In this document: positions 22,102-33,701 of the stretch, piece after piece | Layout of the letters: every line of letters starts with the position of its first letter | How positions within the stretch are numbered: position 1 is the first letter of the stretch | DNA from: an uncultured Chloroflexia bacterium | Lineage (GTDB): Bacteria; Chloroflexota; Limnocylindria; Limnocylindrales; CSP1-4 | Reading direction: 5' to 3' | DNA length: 64,000 nucleotides | Assembly (NCBI GenBank): GCA_963704935.1 | Contig: CAVPIF010000003.1 | Coordinates: forward strand, 1,279,652-1,343,651 | Translations under genes and position numbers: made by a program | The notes under the pieces: model-generated | What the model was told of the DNA's origin: nothing | Database searches by the model: none | The model's input: only the letters and a program-made list of their open reading frames with translations

Positions 22102-22158
22102 CGAGGATCAGCTCCGGATCTGGCGACCGCACCGCGGCGGTGATCGGCGGCCGCGGGG

Positions 22159-22194
22159 GGTTCCACGATGTGGAACCGTGCCGTATGATGGAAC
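22159..22194. promoter_or_regulatory. Putative IclR operator(s) between the corrinoid operon and the divergent IclR gene
   Basis: Perfect palindrome GGTTCCAC-GAT-GTGGAACC (22159-22177) followed by a degenerate copy GTGCCGTATGATGGAAC that overlaps a TATGAT -10. Confidence 0.65.
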
Positions 22195-22227
22195 CCGCGG
22201 CCGCGAATCTAGCCGACGAAGGGGTCC

Positions 22228-22979
22228 ATGTCCAGCGTCCAGTCCATCCGGCGAGCCTTCGGCGTCCTCGGCGCGCTCGTCGACGGCCCGCTCGGCGTGA
22301 CCGATGTGGCCGAACGATCCGGCCTGCCGAAGTCGACGGCGGCGCGTCTCCTCGCGACGCTCGCCGGCCTGGGCGCCGTGGAGCAGATCCCCGGGCGAGA
22401 CGTTCTACCGACTCGGCCCGCAGCTGGTCACGCTCGCCGCCGGGTTGACCCCGATCCGCTCGATCGCGGCCGTCGCGCGGCCGACCCTGGAGGAGCTGGC
22501 CGCGGCGTCCGGCGAGGCCGCCGGTCTCGCGGTGCCCGACGGAGACCTCGTCCACTACATCGACCAGGTCGCGACGCCGAACCCGGTCTCCGTGCGCGAC
22601 TGGACGGGGGCGCGCGCACCGCTCCATGCCGTCTCATCCGGGCAGGTGCTGCTCGCATTCCGGATGCCGACGGCCGTGAACCACTACCTGGCCCGACCAC
22701 TCGAGGGGTTCACGCCGCGGACGCTGACCGATCCGCGACGCCGTCCGCGAGCGACTGCACGCCATCCGGCGCGTCGGCTACGCCTGGGCGATCGAGGAGT
22801 TCGACGAAGGCATCTCGTCGGTGGCCGCGCCGATCGCCGACGCCTCGGGCGAGGTCGTGGCCGCGGTCCACGTGCACGGACCGTCGTACCGCTTCCCCGC
22901 CGCGGACCGGGTCGACACGCTGTCGCAGCTGGTCGTCGCCGGAGCCGCGCGGATCGCGGCAGGCCTGCGCGAGGCCTGA
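22228..22979 (+). CDS. IclR-family transcriptional regulator; frameshifts near 22395 and 22740
   Basis: VQSIRRAFGVL, LPKSTAARLL, PLHAVSSGQVLLA, GYAWAIEEFDEGISSVAAPI read across three frames. Confidence 0.88.
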
Positions 22980-23068
22980 ACCCGCCCCGGAGGGCGACGG
23001 CTGACGACGGGTCGGATTGCGATCGGATTCCCTGGGGGAGCCCGCCTGACGTCTGAGCAGGCGGATCC

Positions 23069-23422
23069 CTAGTCGGCCGCCACAGGCGACGCGGGGGGGA
23101 GCGGTCCAGGCGCCGCGGCGGACACCGGCTCGAGGTCGATCGTGCGGACCTGGCGGGTCTTGCCGGCCTCGGTGCGGACGACGGCCTGCGGGATCACCCC
23201 GGTGACGAGCTTCTCGATGATGGCGATCTCACCGGCGTAGAGGCCGGTGCCGGCGATCCGGACGCGTCCACCGACGGTGAGACCTGCGCGGCCCTTGCCG
23301 GCATTGAGGTCGATCGTCGCGACGGTGGGGCGGACATACGGGGTGTCCGTGGGGAGGCCCGACGCGGGGGCGGGCCGATTGGCGGTCTTGGGCGGTGGGT
23401 ACGTGACTTTGCGTTTTCGCAC
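23069..23422 (-). CDS. Small basic protein with KOW/SH3-like domain
   Basis: AGGAG RBS before the GTG; LTVGGRVRIAGTGLYAGEIAIIE resembles a KOW motif. Confidence 0.65.
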   Translation of the reverse strand: MRKRKVTYPPPKTANRPAPASGLPTDTPYVRPTVATIDLNAGKGRAGLTVGGRVRIAGTGLYAGEIAIIEKLVTGVIPQAVVRTEAGKTRQVRTIDLEPVSAAAPGPLPPASPVAAD

Positions 23423-23551
23423 TGGCTCTCCTGGAGCGGTCGATCCGAGCCGGGTGGGCAGCGGAGGTCGAACCGTGCGAACCATCGCACATCCGCGCAA
23501 GACCGTTCTCGGCGCGATGGAGCTGGAGCACGCCAGCCGAGACATCGCCCG

Positions 23552-23600
23552 GCATCGATCGCGAACCTCCAGCATCGATCGCGAAACCTCCAGCATCGCG
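23552..23600. repeat. Short direct repeat (~20-21 bp, about 2.3 copies)
   Basis: GCATCGATCGCGAA(A)CCTCCA twice, then GCATCGCG. Confidence 0.7.
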
Positions 23601-23722
23601 AATCGCACGAACGAGCCTGATCCGGAGCCCAGGAAGCGCACCGGGCGACGGTCCGCTCAGGTTCGTGGCCATCGCGACAACCAGGGTTGCGCGCAGGCCG
23701 CGCAGCCGCGGGTCAGAGAGCG

Positions 23723-24112
23723 TCAGCCAGCGGCGCCCTTGGCGGAACCCCTGGGCTTGCGGACCTTGACCGTCGGCGCGTCGACCGCGGGTTCCTCAAC
23801 CGCGACGGCGGTCTCGGCCTGCGCGGCAGCCTGGGACGCTGCTTCGGCGGCGCTCGCGGCGGCGGTGTCGAGGGTGGTCGCGGAACCGTGGCCGTTCGTG
23901 TGGCCGTCGCCGTTGGCTCGCATCTCCGTGAGCTGTGCGTTCACGGTCGACTGGATGTCGCGAGTTCGTGCCTCAACCTGGTCGCCCAGCTCACCGAGCC
24001 GTTGCTCGACGTGGTACTGGTCGCGGAATCGCTCGCCGGCGCGGGACATGTACCAGGCGGCAGCCCCGGCCGCGAGGGCGATACCCGTGATCACTCCGGT
24101 CAGAAAGCCCAT
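23723..24112 (-). CDS. Small protein with N-terminal membrane anchor (YtxH-like)
   Basis: MGFLTGVITGIALAAGAAAWY followed by a coiled, Ala-rich tail; GAGGAGGAG RBS. Confidence 0.65.
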   Translation of the reverse strand: MGFLTGVITGIALAAGAAAWYMSRAGERFRDQYHVEQRLGELGDQVEARTRDIQSTVNAQLTEMRANGDGHTNGHGSATTLDTAAASAAEAASQAAAQAETAVAVEEPAVDAPTVKVRKPRGSAKGAAG

Positions 24113-24173
24113 CGTGCTCCTCCTCTCTGGATCCGTTGGGCCCCTGAGTGTACGCCGACCCTCGAGCCGGCTC

Positions 24174-24227
24174 TTGACAACGGCGTCCAGGCGCCTAGCA
24201 TTCGGCTGTACATCGCATAGCGAGGTA
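24174..24227 (+). promoter_or_regulatory. Sigma70 promoter and putative PadR operator
   Basis: TTGACA-N16-TAGCAT; imperfect palindrome TACATCGC-ATA-GCGAGGTA (24209-24227) overlapping the RBS. Confidence 0.65.
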
Positions 24228-24233
24228 GTGGTC

Positions 24234-24572
24234 TTGAGGCTCGACTCTCAACTGCTGAAGGGCACGACACCGCTCCTCGTGCTGACGGTCATCGGCGACG
24301 GCGAGTTCTACGGGTACGAGATCGCGCAGCAGATCCGGGATCGCAGCGGCGGGGCATTCGCTCCATCGGAGGGGTCGCTCTATCCTGCGTTGCATCGGCT
24401 GGAGGCGGACGGCGCGCTGGTCGGCTCGTGGCGCACCAGCGACCGGGGCCCACGGCGGCGGTACTACCGGCTGACCGACAAGGGTCGGGGATTGCTCACG
24501 GAGAACCACGATCAATTCGCGGCGTTCGTCGCCGGGGTCCGGGGCGTGACGGCGGGCATCGGCGATGGCTGA
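24234..24572 (+). CDS. PadR-family transcriptional regulator
   Basis: LLKGT, YGYEIAQ, EGSLYPALHRLE, RRYYRLTDKG. Confidence 0.93.
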   Translation: MRLDSQLLKGTTPLLVLTVIGDGEFYGYEIAQQIRDRSGGAFAPSEGSLYPALHRLEADGALVGSWRTSDRGPRRRYYRLTDKGRGLLTENHDQFAAFVAGVRGVTAGIGDG

Positions 24573-25788
24573 CCCACGCTCAAACCGTCACGCCTACCTC
24601 GAACGCGTCGCGGGCACACTCCAACTGCCCGATCCGGTCGCCGGTGACATCCTCGATGAGCTCGGTGCCCATATCGCCGATACGACGAATGGACTCATCG
24701 AGGAAGGGCTGACGCCAGAGCAGGCGGAGCGCGAGGCCCTGGCCCGGCTCGGCGATCCGATACACCTGGGGGACGGGATCCGGCGAGCGAAGCAGACGCG
24801 CCGTCGACTGATGGTCGCCGCCGGGTTCGGCGTCGTCGCGGCGGTCCGCGGGTTCTTCTGGGGCTGGCTGTTCGCGGCCGCAGTCGCGGTCCTCGCAGGG
24901 GTCCTGGCAACCCTGCTCATCTCGCTGGTTGTCCAGGCGCTCGGGATCACCTCGTCCGGGTCGAGTTGGGATAGCTCCTGGCTGACGGCCCCGTACCTCC
25001 TCTTCGCGCTCGGGTATGCGGGGCATCAGGTGCCGACGGCGATTGCCGCGCGGTCGCTCCGACCGGTCCGCGTGTTCCGCGGTCCCGTCGCGGTCGTAGG
25101 GGGCGGGCTGATCGGCATGATCGCCATCTTCGGACTGCGGCTGCCGATGGACGCCGGCACGGTGGCGATCCTGGCCCTCGCCGGGCCGGCGTTTGCGATC
25201 GGGTCGGTCGCCGTCACGGGTGCCGAGGATCGATGGGCGGGCCGGATCATGCTCGGCGTCCGAAGCGTGACGATCGCGGTGCTCGTCCTGACAGCCGGGT
25301 ACGCCGCAGTCGGGTTCGCCACGATGCAGGTCAACCCGGGCGACGGTCTTCGCTATATGGACACGACGGAGACGATCGGACCAGTCGCCTACGACGTCCT
25401 GCCGGAGGCCACGGGGATCATGGGCGGCGGCACGTCCTCCGGTGGTGTGGTCTCCCGCGAATTCGGCTTCGATCCCCCGGTGGTCCCGGCTGGCTGGACC
25501 GGCTTCCGGATGGAGGCGTGGCGCGAGGGACCCTGGGTCAACGGCTCCGGACCGATCCTGCCGGGTGAGACCGCCCCCGTCGCGACGGCTCCGATGTCGG
25601 CCGCGACGGATCCAGGGAGCTACTCCGGCGAGCTCGTGCTCCCCGTCACGAAGTCCCGGATGAGCTACACCATCGCCATCACCGGGCTCGGTCCCGATGG
25701 CCGGCGCTACGTCCTGTCGGGTCCAGACACCGGAATGCCCGGGCCGGCCTGGGTCGGCACGGCCTGGGGGTGGCTGACGACGCTCTAG
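24565..25788 (+). CDS. HAAS (permease-prefix) domain membrane protein, likely PadR partner
   Basis: N-terminal YL..V...L...DILDELGAHI...GLTPEQAEREALARLGDP motif; about 6 TM segments; extracytoplasmic C-terminus. Confidence 0.8.
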   Translation: MADPRSNRHAYLERVAGTLQLPDPVAGDILDELGAHIADTTNGLIEEGLTPEQAEREALARLGDPIHLGDGIRRAKQTRRRLMVAAGFGVVAAVRGFFWGWLFAAAVAVLAGVLATLLISLVVQALGITSSGSSWDSSWLTAPYLLFALGYAGHQVPTAIAARSLRPVRVFRGPVAVVGGGLIGMIAIFGLRLPMDAGTVAILALAGPAFAIGSVAVTGAEDRWAGRIMLGVRSVTIAVLVLTAGYAAVGFATMQVNPGDGLRYMDTTETIGPVAYDVLPEATGIMGGGTSSGGVVSREFGFDPPVVPAGWTGFRMEAWREGPWVNGSGPILPGETAPVATAPMSAATDPGSYSGELVLPVTKSRMSYTIAITGLGPDGRRYVLSGPDTGMPGPAWVGTAWGWLTTL

Positions 25789-25828
25789 GCCCGACGCCCC
25801 GCGGATCCCCGCCGGGCGAGCGCCGCCG

Positions 25829-26819
25829 CTAGCCGGACGCCGCGGTGCGCCGGATCTCGTCGATGATCGCCGGCACCACGGCATGGACGTCCCCGACCAC
25901 CGCGTAGGCCGCTCGCCCGAAGATCGGGGCGTCGCGGTCCGTGTTGATGACGAGGATCCGCTTGGCCGCCTTGCAGCCGACGATGTGCTGGATCGCGCCG
26001 CTGATGCCGCACGCGATGTACAGGTCCGGGGCGATCCGCATCCCGGTCTGGCCAACCTGTTGGGCGTGCGGCCGCCAGCCGAGGCTGGTCGCCACCCGCG
26101 ACACACCCACGGCGCCGCCGAGCAGTCCGGCGAGCTCGTCAAGCATCGCGAACGCTTCCGCACTCCCGAGGCCGCGACCACCACCGACGACGACCCGGGC
26201 GTCCGCGAGCGAGACCTGGTCCGACGCCGACGGCAGCTGGCCGGTCATCCGGGCCCGCAGGTCCGCATCGGCCACGACGACCTCCAACCGCGACGACGGT
26301 GGCCGGTGGCGCCGCCGGGATCGGCTCCATCGCTGGGACCGCGTGCGCGGCCACGGTCAGCAGGTGCGGATCGCCATCGAGCCACGCTTCCTCGAGCAGG
26401 CTGCCGGCCCAGCGCTGGCGGGTGACCTTCCAGCGATCGCCGGGCGCGACGGCCGTGACATTGGCGGCCATCGGCGCCTCCGTGCGCGCGGCGACGTGGG
26501 CGAGGATCTCCGTCGCGCGCTCGCTTCCGGGGGCGATCACCGCCGCGTAGCCGCCGGTGGCCATGACCGCCTGGACGGCCCCGGCCCATGCCGACGGCGC
26601 ATAGGCGTCCAGACCGTCGGAGACGACGAGGTGGGCGGTCGCGACGCCATAGGCACCCAGTCCGGCGGCGAGTGCAACTGCCGACTCCCCCACCAGGACG
26701 GCATGGACGTCCGCGCCGATGGACGCGGCCAGCTCGCCGGCCAGGCCCAGGGCCTCCAGGCTGAGGCGGTCCGGCCCGTCACCCTCGCCAGGCTCGACGA
26801 GGACCAGCACGGCGCTCAC
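25829..26819 (-). CDS. etfA: Electron transfer flavoprotein alpha subunit; frameshift near 26286
   Basis: ARVVVGGGRG, QVGQTG, YIACGISGAIQH, INTDRDAPIF. Confidence 0.92.
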
Positions 26820-27586
26820 AGCAGGCCCATCCCGCGCAGGACCTCGACGACCCGTGGCGCGGCCTCCGGGCCGGTCCCCAGGATCTCCGCCGTCTGCTCG
26901 TGCTCGACGGGCAGTGCCAGCCGGATCAGTTCCGGGCCACCGCCCGGACGACGCGCCGGTTCGATCCGCTCGATCTCCTTCTTGCGAGCCCGCAGCCGGC
27001 CCGGGACGGACGGGTAACGCGGCAGGTTGATGCCCTCGCGCACGCCGACGACCGCCGGGAGCGGGACCTGGTAGACGTCCCAACCGTCGGCCGCCTGGCG
27101 GCGGACCGTCGCGACGCCATCGCCGACCTCGAGCGCCTTCGCGCCGGTGACGCACGGGCGATCGAGGGCGACGGCGATCCGGATACCGACCTGGTAGCCG
27201 CCCGAATCGGCCAATTCGTTGCCGACGAGGATGAGGTCGAACGGCCCGTCGGCCGCCTCGAGCGTCCGGATCGCGTCCACCAGCGCCGCGGCCGTGGCGA
27301 CCGGATCCCAGTCGCTCCCGTCGGTCTCGAGATGGACGGCCCGGTCCACCCCGATCGCGAGCGCGTCGCGCAGCTGGTCGGCCGCCTCGGCCGGTCCGAG
27401 GGTCATGACGACCGTCTCTCCGCCGCCGGCCGCTTCGGCGACCCGGACCGCCTCCTCCACCGCGCATTCCTCGTGCGGACTGACGACGAACCCGAGGTAG
27501 CTCGTGTCGATGGACCGGCCATCGGCGGCCAGGGTGATCCGACCTCCGGTGGCGGGGACGCGCTTGACGCAGACGAGGACGCGCAT
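26816..27586 (-). CDS. etfB: Electron transfer flavoprotein beta subunit
   Basis: MRVLVCVKRVP, AVEEA, ALAIGVDRAVHL, INLPRYP. Confidence 0.93.
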   Translation of the reverse strand: MRVLVCVKRVPATGGRITLAADGRSIDTSYLGFVVSPHEECAVEEAVRVAEAAGGGETVVMTLGPAEAADQLRDALAIGVDRAVHLETDGSDWDPVATAAALVDAIRTLEAADGPFDLILVGNELADSGGYQVGIRIAVALDRPCVTGAKALEVGDGVATVRRQAADGWDVYQVPLPAVVGVREGINLPRYPSVPGRLRARKKEIERIEPARRPGGGPELIRLALPVEHEQTAEILGTGPEAAPRVVEVLRGMGLL

Positions 27587-27593
27587 CGCGGGC

Positions 27594-30115
<2,522 letters not shown>

Positions 30116-30149
30116 GTCTCCCGCCCTTTCCGTCGATCCAGGCTTGCTG

Positions 30150-30189
30150 TTGTTGCAGGGATTGCAATCGTGTTGCTACATCTGCGACA
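30150..30189. promoter_or_regulatory. Tandem imperfect palindromes, putative IclR operators
   Basis: TGTTGCAGGGATTGCAA and TGTTGCTACATCTGCGACA in the AT-richer divergent intergenic region. Confidence 0.5.
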
Positions 30190-30209
30190 CTTGGCGGATG
30201 GTACACCAC

Positions 30210-31022
30210 GTGTCGACCCCGTCGCCGCCCCCGTCGACGAGCCAGGACGGCGCCCGAACGAGCGTCGAGCGGATCGCCGCGGCGCTCGACATCGTCGCTG
30301 CTCGCGGCTGGATCAGCGCGGCCGACATCGCTGCCGCGATGGGAGTCGACCGGAGCACCGGCTGGCGCCTGGCGCGCTCGCTGCAGCGCGTCGGCTGGCT
30401 CCATCACGACCCGGTCACGCGCCGGTACCGGCTGGGCATGCCGCTGTTCGAGCTGGGCACCCGCGTCCTCGACACGATCGATGTCCGCGACGAGGCGCGC
30501 CGGGTGATGACCGAACTCGTGGCGTCCACCGGAGAGAGCGTCGACCTCGCCATCCGTGACGGCGACAGTGTCGTGTTCATCGACAAGATCGACGGGACTA
30601 ACGAGGTCCGGGCCTTCACCCGCAGCGGACAGCGCGCCCGGCTGCACGCGACGGCCGCCGGCAAGGTCTTCCTGGCGCAGATGCGCGAGGATGAACTGGC
30701 GATCTACCTCGCCGGACCGCTGCCGGCCCACACCGCCGCCACGATCACCGACCCGGCCGAGCTCGCGATCGTGATCGAGCAGACGCGGCAGCAGGGCTGG
30801 GCCGTCAATCGCGGGGAGCTGCACGTGGAGGCGGGGGCGCTGGCCGTGCCGGTCCTTGACGGCAGCGGCACCTGCGTCGCGGTGCTCGGGCTGAATGTGC
30901 CGCTGTCGCGGCTGGACGACGACCGCATCCGCGTGCTCGTGGGGGAGCTCCAGGCGGCCACGAGCCGGCTCAGTCCGGCGTTCGGTCTGGCGCTCGGCCC
31001 GCGCGTCGCGACGTCGCGTTGA
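30210..31022 (+). CDS. IclR-family transcriptional regulator
   Basis: SVERIAAALD, STGWRLARSL, LHATAAGKVFLA, GWAVNRGE. Confidence 0.92.
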   Translation: MSTPSPPPSTSQDGARTSVERIAAALDIVAARGWISAADIAAAMGVDRSTGWRLARSLQRVGWLHHDPVTRRYRLGMPLFELGTRVLDTIDVRDEARRVMTELVASTGESVDLAIRDGDSVVFIDKIDGTNEVRAFTRSGQRARLHATAAGKVFLAQMREDELAIYLAGPLPAHTAATITDPAELAIVIEQTRQQGWAVNRGELHVEAGALAVPVLDGSGTCVAVLGLNVPLSRLDDDRIRVLVGELQAATSRLSPAFGLALGPRVATSR

Positions 31023-31099
31023 CCGACGCCACTCGGGCGCGCATCCTCCCCGTCCCGGCACGGAGGATCGCCGGTGAGGGGTGCAGTCGAGGTCTCAGC

Positions 31100-32569
31100 G
31101 TGCCAAACCTGTTCATCGATGGCGAGTGGGTCGCGTCCGGCGACGGGACATCCAGCCAGGTCATCAACCCGTCCGACGGGTCGGTCGTGACCGAGGTCGA
31201 CGTCGCGACGGATGAGCAGGTCCAGGCAGCCATCGCCGCCGCCCGGCGTGCCTTCGATACGACCGACTGGCCGCGGACGCCGACCGGCGAGCGGGCCGCG
31301 CTCCTGGATCGCGTTGCCGATCTGATCGACCGCGACCTCGAGGAGATGGCCCGCCTCGAGACGCTGAACACCGGCAAGGCCATGCGCGAATCGCGCTGGG
31401 ACATGGCCGACGTCGCGCGCGTCTTCCGCTACTACGCAGACCTCGCCGACAAGGAGGCAGGCCGCCTCGTCGATACCGGCAACGCGGATGCCATCTCGCG
31501 GATCGCGTACGAGCCGGTCGGCGTGTGCGGCCTGATCGGGCCGTGGAACTACCCGCTCCTCCAGATGTCGTGGAAGATCGCGCCGGCCCTCGCCGCGGGC
31601 TGCACGGCGGTCATGAAGCCATCCCAGCTGACCCCGCTGACCGCCATCCACCTCACGAAGCTCCTGGCCGAGGCAGGCGCGCCGGCGGGGGTCGTCAACC
31701 TCGTCCTGGGCCCCGGCGGCCGGGTGGGACAGGCCCTTGGCGACAGCCCGGACGTGGACCTGATCTCGCTGACCGGCGGCCTGGAGGCCGGCCGCTCCCT
31801 GCTGCACGGCGCCGCGGTCAACGTCAAGCGGGTCGCCCTGGAGCTCGGCGGAAAGAGCCCGAACGTCGTCTTTGCCGACGCCGATTTCGAAACCGCGGTC
31901 GACAACGCGCTCACCGCGGCGTTCACGCACAGCGGTCAGGTCTGTTCGGCGGGCTGCCGGGCGATCGTGGAGGACGTCATCTACGACCGCTTCGTCGCAG
32001 AGGTCGGACGACGGGCGGATGCCATCCGCCTGGGCCACGGGACGGACGACCGCACGGAGGCGGGGGCACTCATCTCCGCCGACCATCGGGCCAAGGTGGA
32101 GGGCTATGTCCAGGGCGCCATCGCCGAGGGCGCACGCCTGGTTGCCGGCGGCCGTCGCCCCAGCGAACCCGAGCTGCGATCGGGCTTCTACTACCGGCCT
32201 ACCGTCTTCGCCGACGTGCGTCGAGACATGCGGATCGTCCGCGAGGAGGTCTTCGGCCCGGTCCTCACCGTGGAGCGATTTACGACCGAGGCGGAGGCGA
32301 TCGAGCTCGCCAACGACACGACCTACGGCCTGGCCGGCGCGGTCTGGACCGCGGATGCCTCACGGGCCCAGCGCGTCGCCGGGCGGCTCCGTCATGGCAC
32401 CGTCTGGATCAACGACTACAACACGTACCTGCCGCAGGCCGAATGGGGCGGCTTCAAGCAGTCCGGCATCGGGAGGGAGCTTGGCCCGACCGGCCTGGAC
32501 GAGTACCGTGAGGCCAAGCACATCTGGCAGAACACGGCACCGGGGCCCACGGGCTGGTTCGGAGGGTAG
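31100..32569 (+). CDS. betB: Aldehyde dehydrogenase, probably betaine aldehyde dehydrogenase
   Basis: PWNYPLLQMSWKIAPALAAG, LELGGKSP, GQVCSAG, EEVFGPV, WGGFKQSG; directly upstream of a betaine ABC transporter. Confidence 0.82.
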   Translation: MPNLFIDGEWVASGDGTSSQVINPSDGSVVTEVDVATDEQVQAAIAAARRAFDTTDWPRTPTGERAALLDRVADLIDRDLEEMARLETLNTGKAMRESRWDMADVARVFRYYADLADKEAGRLVDTGNADAISRIAYEPVGVCGLIGPWNYPLLQMSWKIAPALAAGCTAVMKPSQLTPLTAIHLTKLLAEAGAPAGVVNLVLGPGGRVGQALGDSPDVDLISLTGGLEAGRSLLHGAAVNVKRVALELGGKSPNVVFADADFETAVDNALTAAFTHSGQVCSAGCRAIVEDVIYDRFVAEVGRRADAIRLGHGTDDRTEAGALISADHRAKVEGYVQGAIAEGARLVAGGRRPSEPELRSGFYYRPTVFADVRRDMRIVREEVFGPVLTVERFTTEAEAIELANDTTYGLAGAVWTADASRAQRVAGRLRHGTVWINDYNTYLPQAEWGGFKQSGIGRELGPTGLDEYREAKHIWQNTAPGPTGWFGG

Positions 32570-32578
32570 GGACCAAGG

Positions 32579-33655
32579 GTGACGGCGACGATGGACCGAT
32601 CCGCACGCGACAGTGGCATGGGCGTGCCGACGCTCGCGGTCAAGCATCTGTGGAAGGTCTTCGGACCCGCCGAGCACCGGATCATCGGGACCCCCGACGC
32701 AGACCTCCCGCGCCAGGAGCTCCGGGACAAGACCGGATCGATGATCGCCATCCGCGACGTCAGTTTCGACGTCTGGCCGGGCGAAGTGTTCGTGGTCATG
32801 GGCCTGTCCGGCAGCGGGAAGTCCACGCTCGTCCGCTGCATGACCCGGCTGATCGAACCGACCGAGGGCGAGGTACTCCTGGACGGCGAAGACGTCCGGA
32901 AGGCGGACGCAGCCGCTCTCCGCGAGCTCCGACGCCACCGTTTCAGCATGGTGTTCCAGCACTTCGGCCTGCTACCCCATCGGAAGGTCATCGACAACGT
33001 CGCGTTCGGCCTGGAGATCCGCGGTGAACCGCGGGTCGCCCGGGAGGAACGGGCCCGCCAGATGATCGAGCTCGTCGGCCTGACCGGTCATGGAGAGAGC
33101 TACCCGGACCAGCTCTCGGGCGGGATGCAGCAGCGGGTCGGCCTGGCTCGCGCGCTTGCCGTCGACCCCGAGGTGATGTTCTTCGATGAACCGTTCAGTG
33201 CCCTCGATCCGCTGATTCGGCGCGACATGCAGAACGAAGTCCTGCGACTGCACAACGAAGTCGGCAAGACGATGGTGTTCATCACGCACGACCTGGCCGA
33301 AGCGCTCAAGCTGGGTGACCGGATCGTCATCATGCGGGACGGACAGGTCGTCCAGACCGGTCGACCGGAAGAGGTGGTGGGCGCCCCGGCGGACGAGTAC
33401 GTCGCCGACTTCGTGCGCGACGTTCCCAAGTCACACGTCCTGACCCTGCGCTGGATCATGCGGCCTCCGGACGACCGGGACGTGCTCGACGGTCCTGAGT
33501 TCCCGGCCAGCGCGATCATCCGGACCTGCCTGCACGCGGCCACGGAGACGGAGAAGCCTCTTCGTGTGGTCGAGGAAGGCCGGCTGATCGGGGTGGTGGA
33601 CCGGGCGCACATCCTCGGGGCGATGGCCGGCACGATCGCCGGTCACGAGGCGTGA
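32579..33655 (+). CDS. Glycine betaine/proline ABC transporter ATP-binding protein (ProV/OpuAA)
   Basis: [56 protein letters not shown]. Confidence 0.93.
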   Translation: MTATMDRSARDSGMGVPTLAVKHLWKVFGPAEHRIIGTPDADLPRQELRDKTGSMIAIRDVSFDVWPGEVFVVMGLSGSGKSTLVRCMTRLIEPTEGEVLLDGEDVRKADAAALRELRRHRFSMVFQHFGLLPHRKVIDNVAFGLEIRGEPRVAREERARQMIELVGLTGHGESYPDQLSGGMQQRVGLARALAVDPEVMFFDEPFSALDPLIRRDMQNEVLRLHNEVGKTMVFITHDLAEALKLGDRIVIMRDGQVVQTGRPEEVVGAPADEYVADFVRDVPKSHVLTLRWIMRPPDDRDVLDGPEFPASAIIRTCLHAATETEKPLRVVEEGRLIGVVDRAHILGAMAGTIAGHEA

Positions 33656-33701
33656 CCCGGTACGGTGCCGGGTCGCGGCACCAGGCCGGGACCCAGCGGA
33701 C

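Noticed and set aside
22102-22227. Cobalamin riboswitch upstream of the corrinoid operon
   Set aside because: The intergenic region is only ~125 bp, lacks a B12-box and is occupied by IclR-type palindromes
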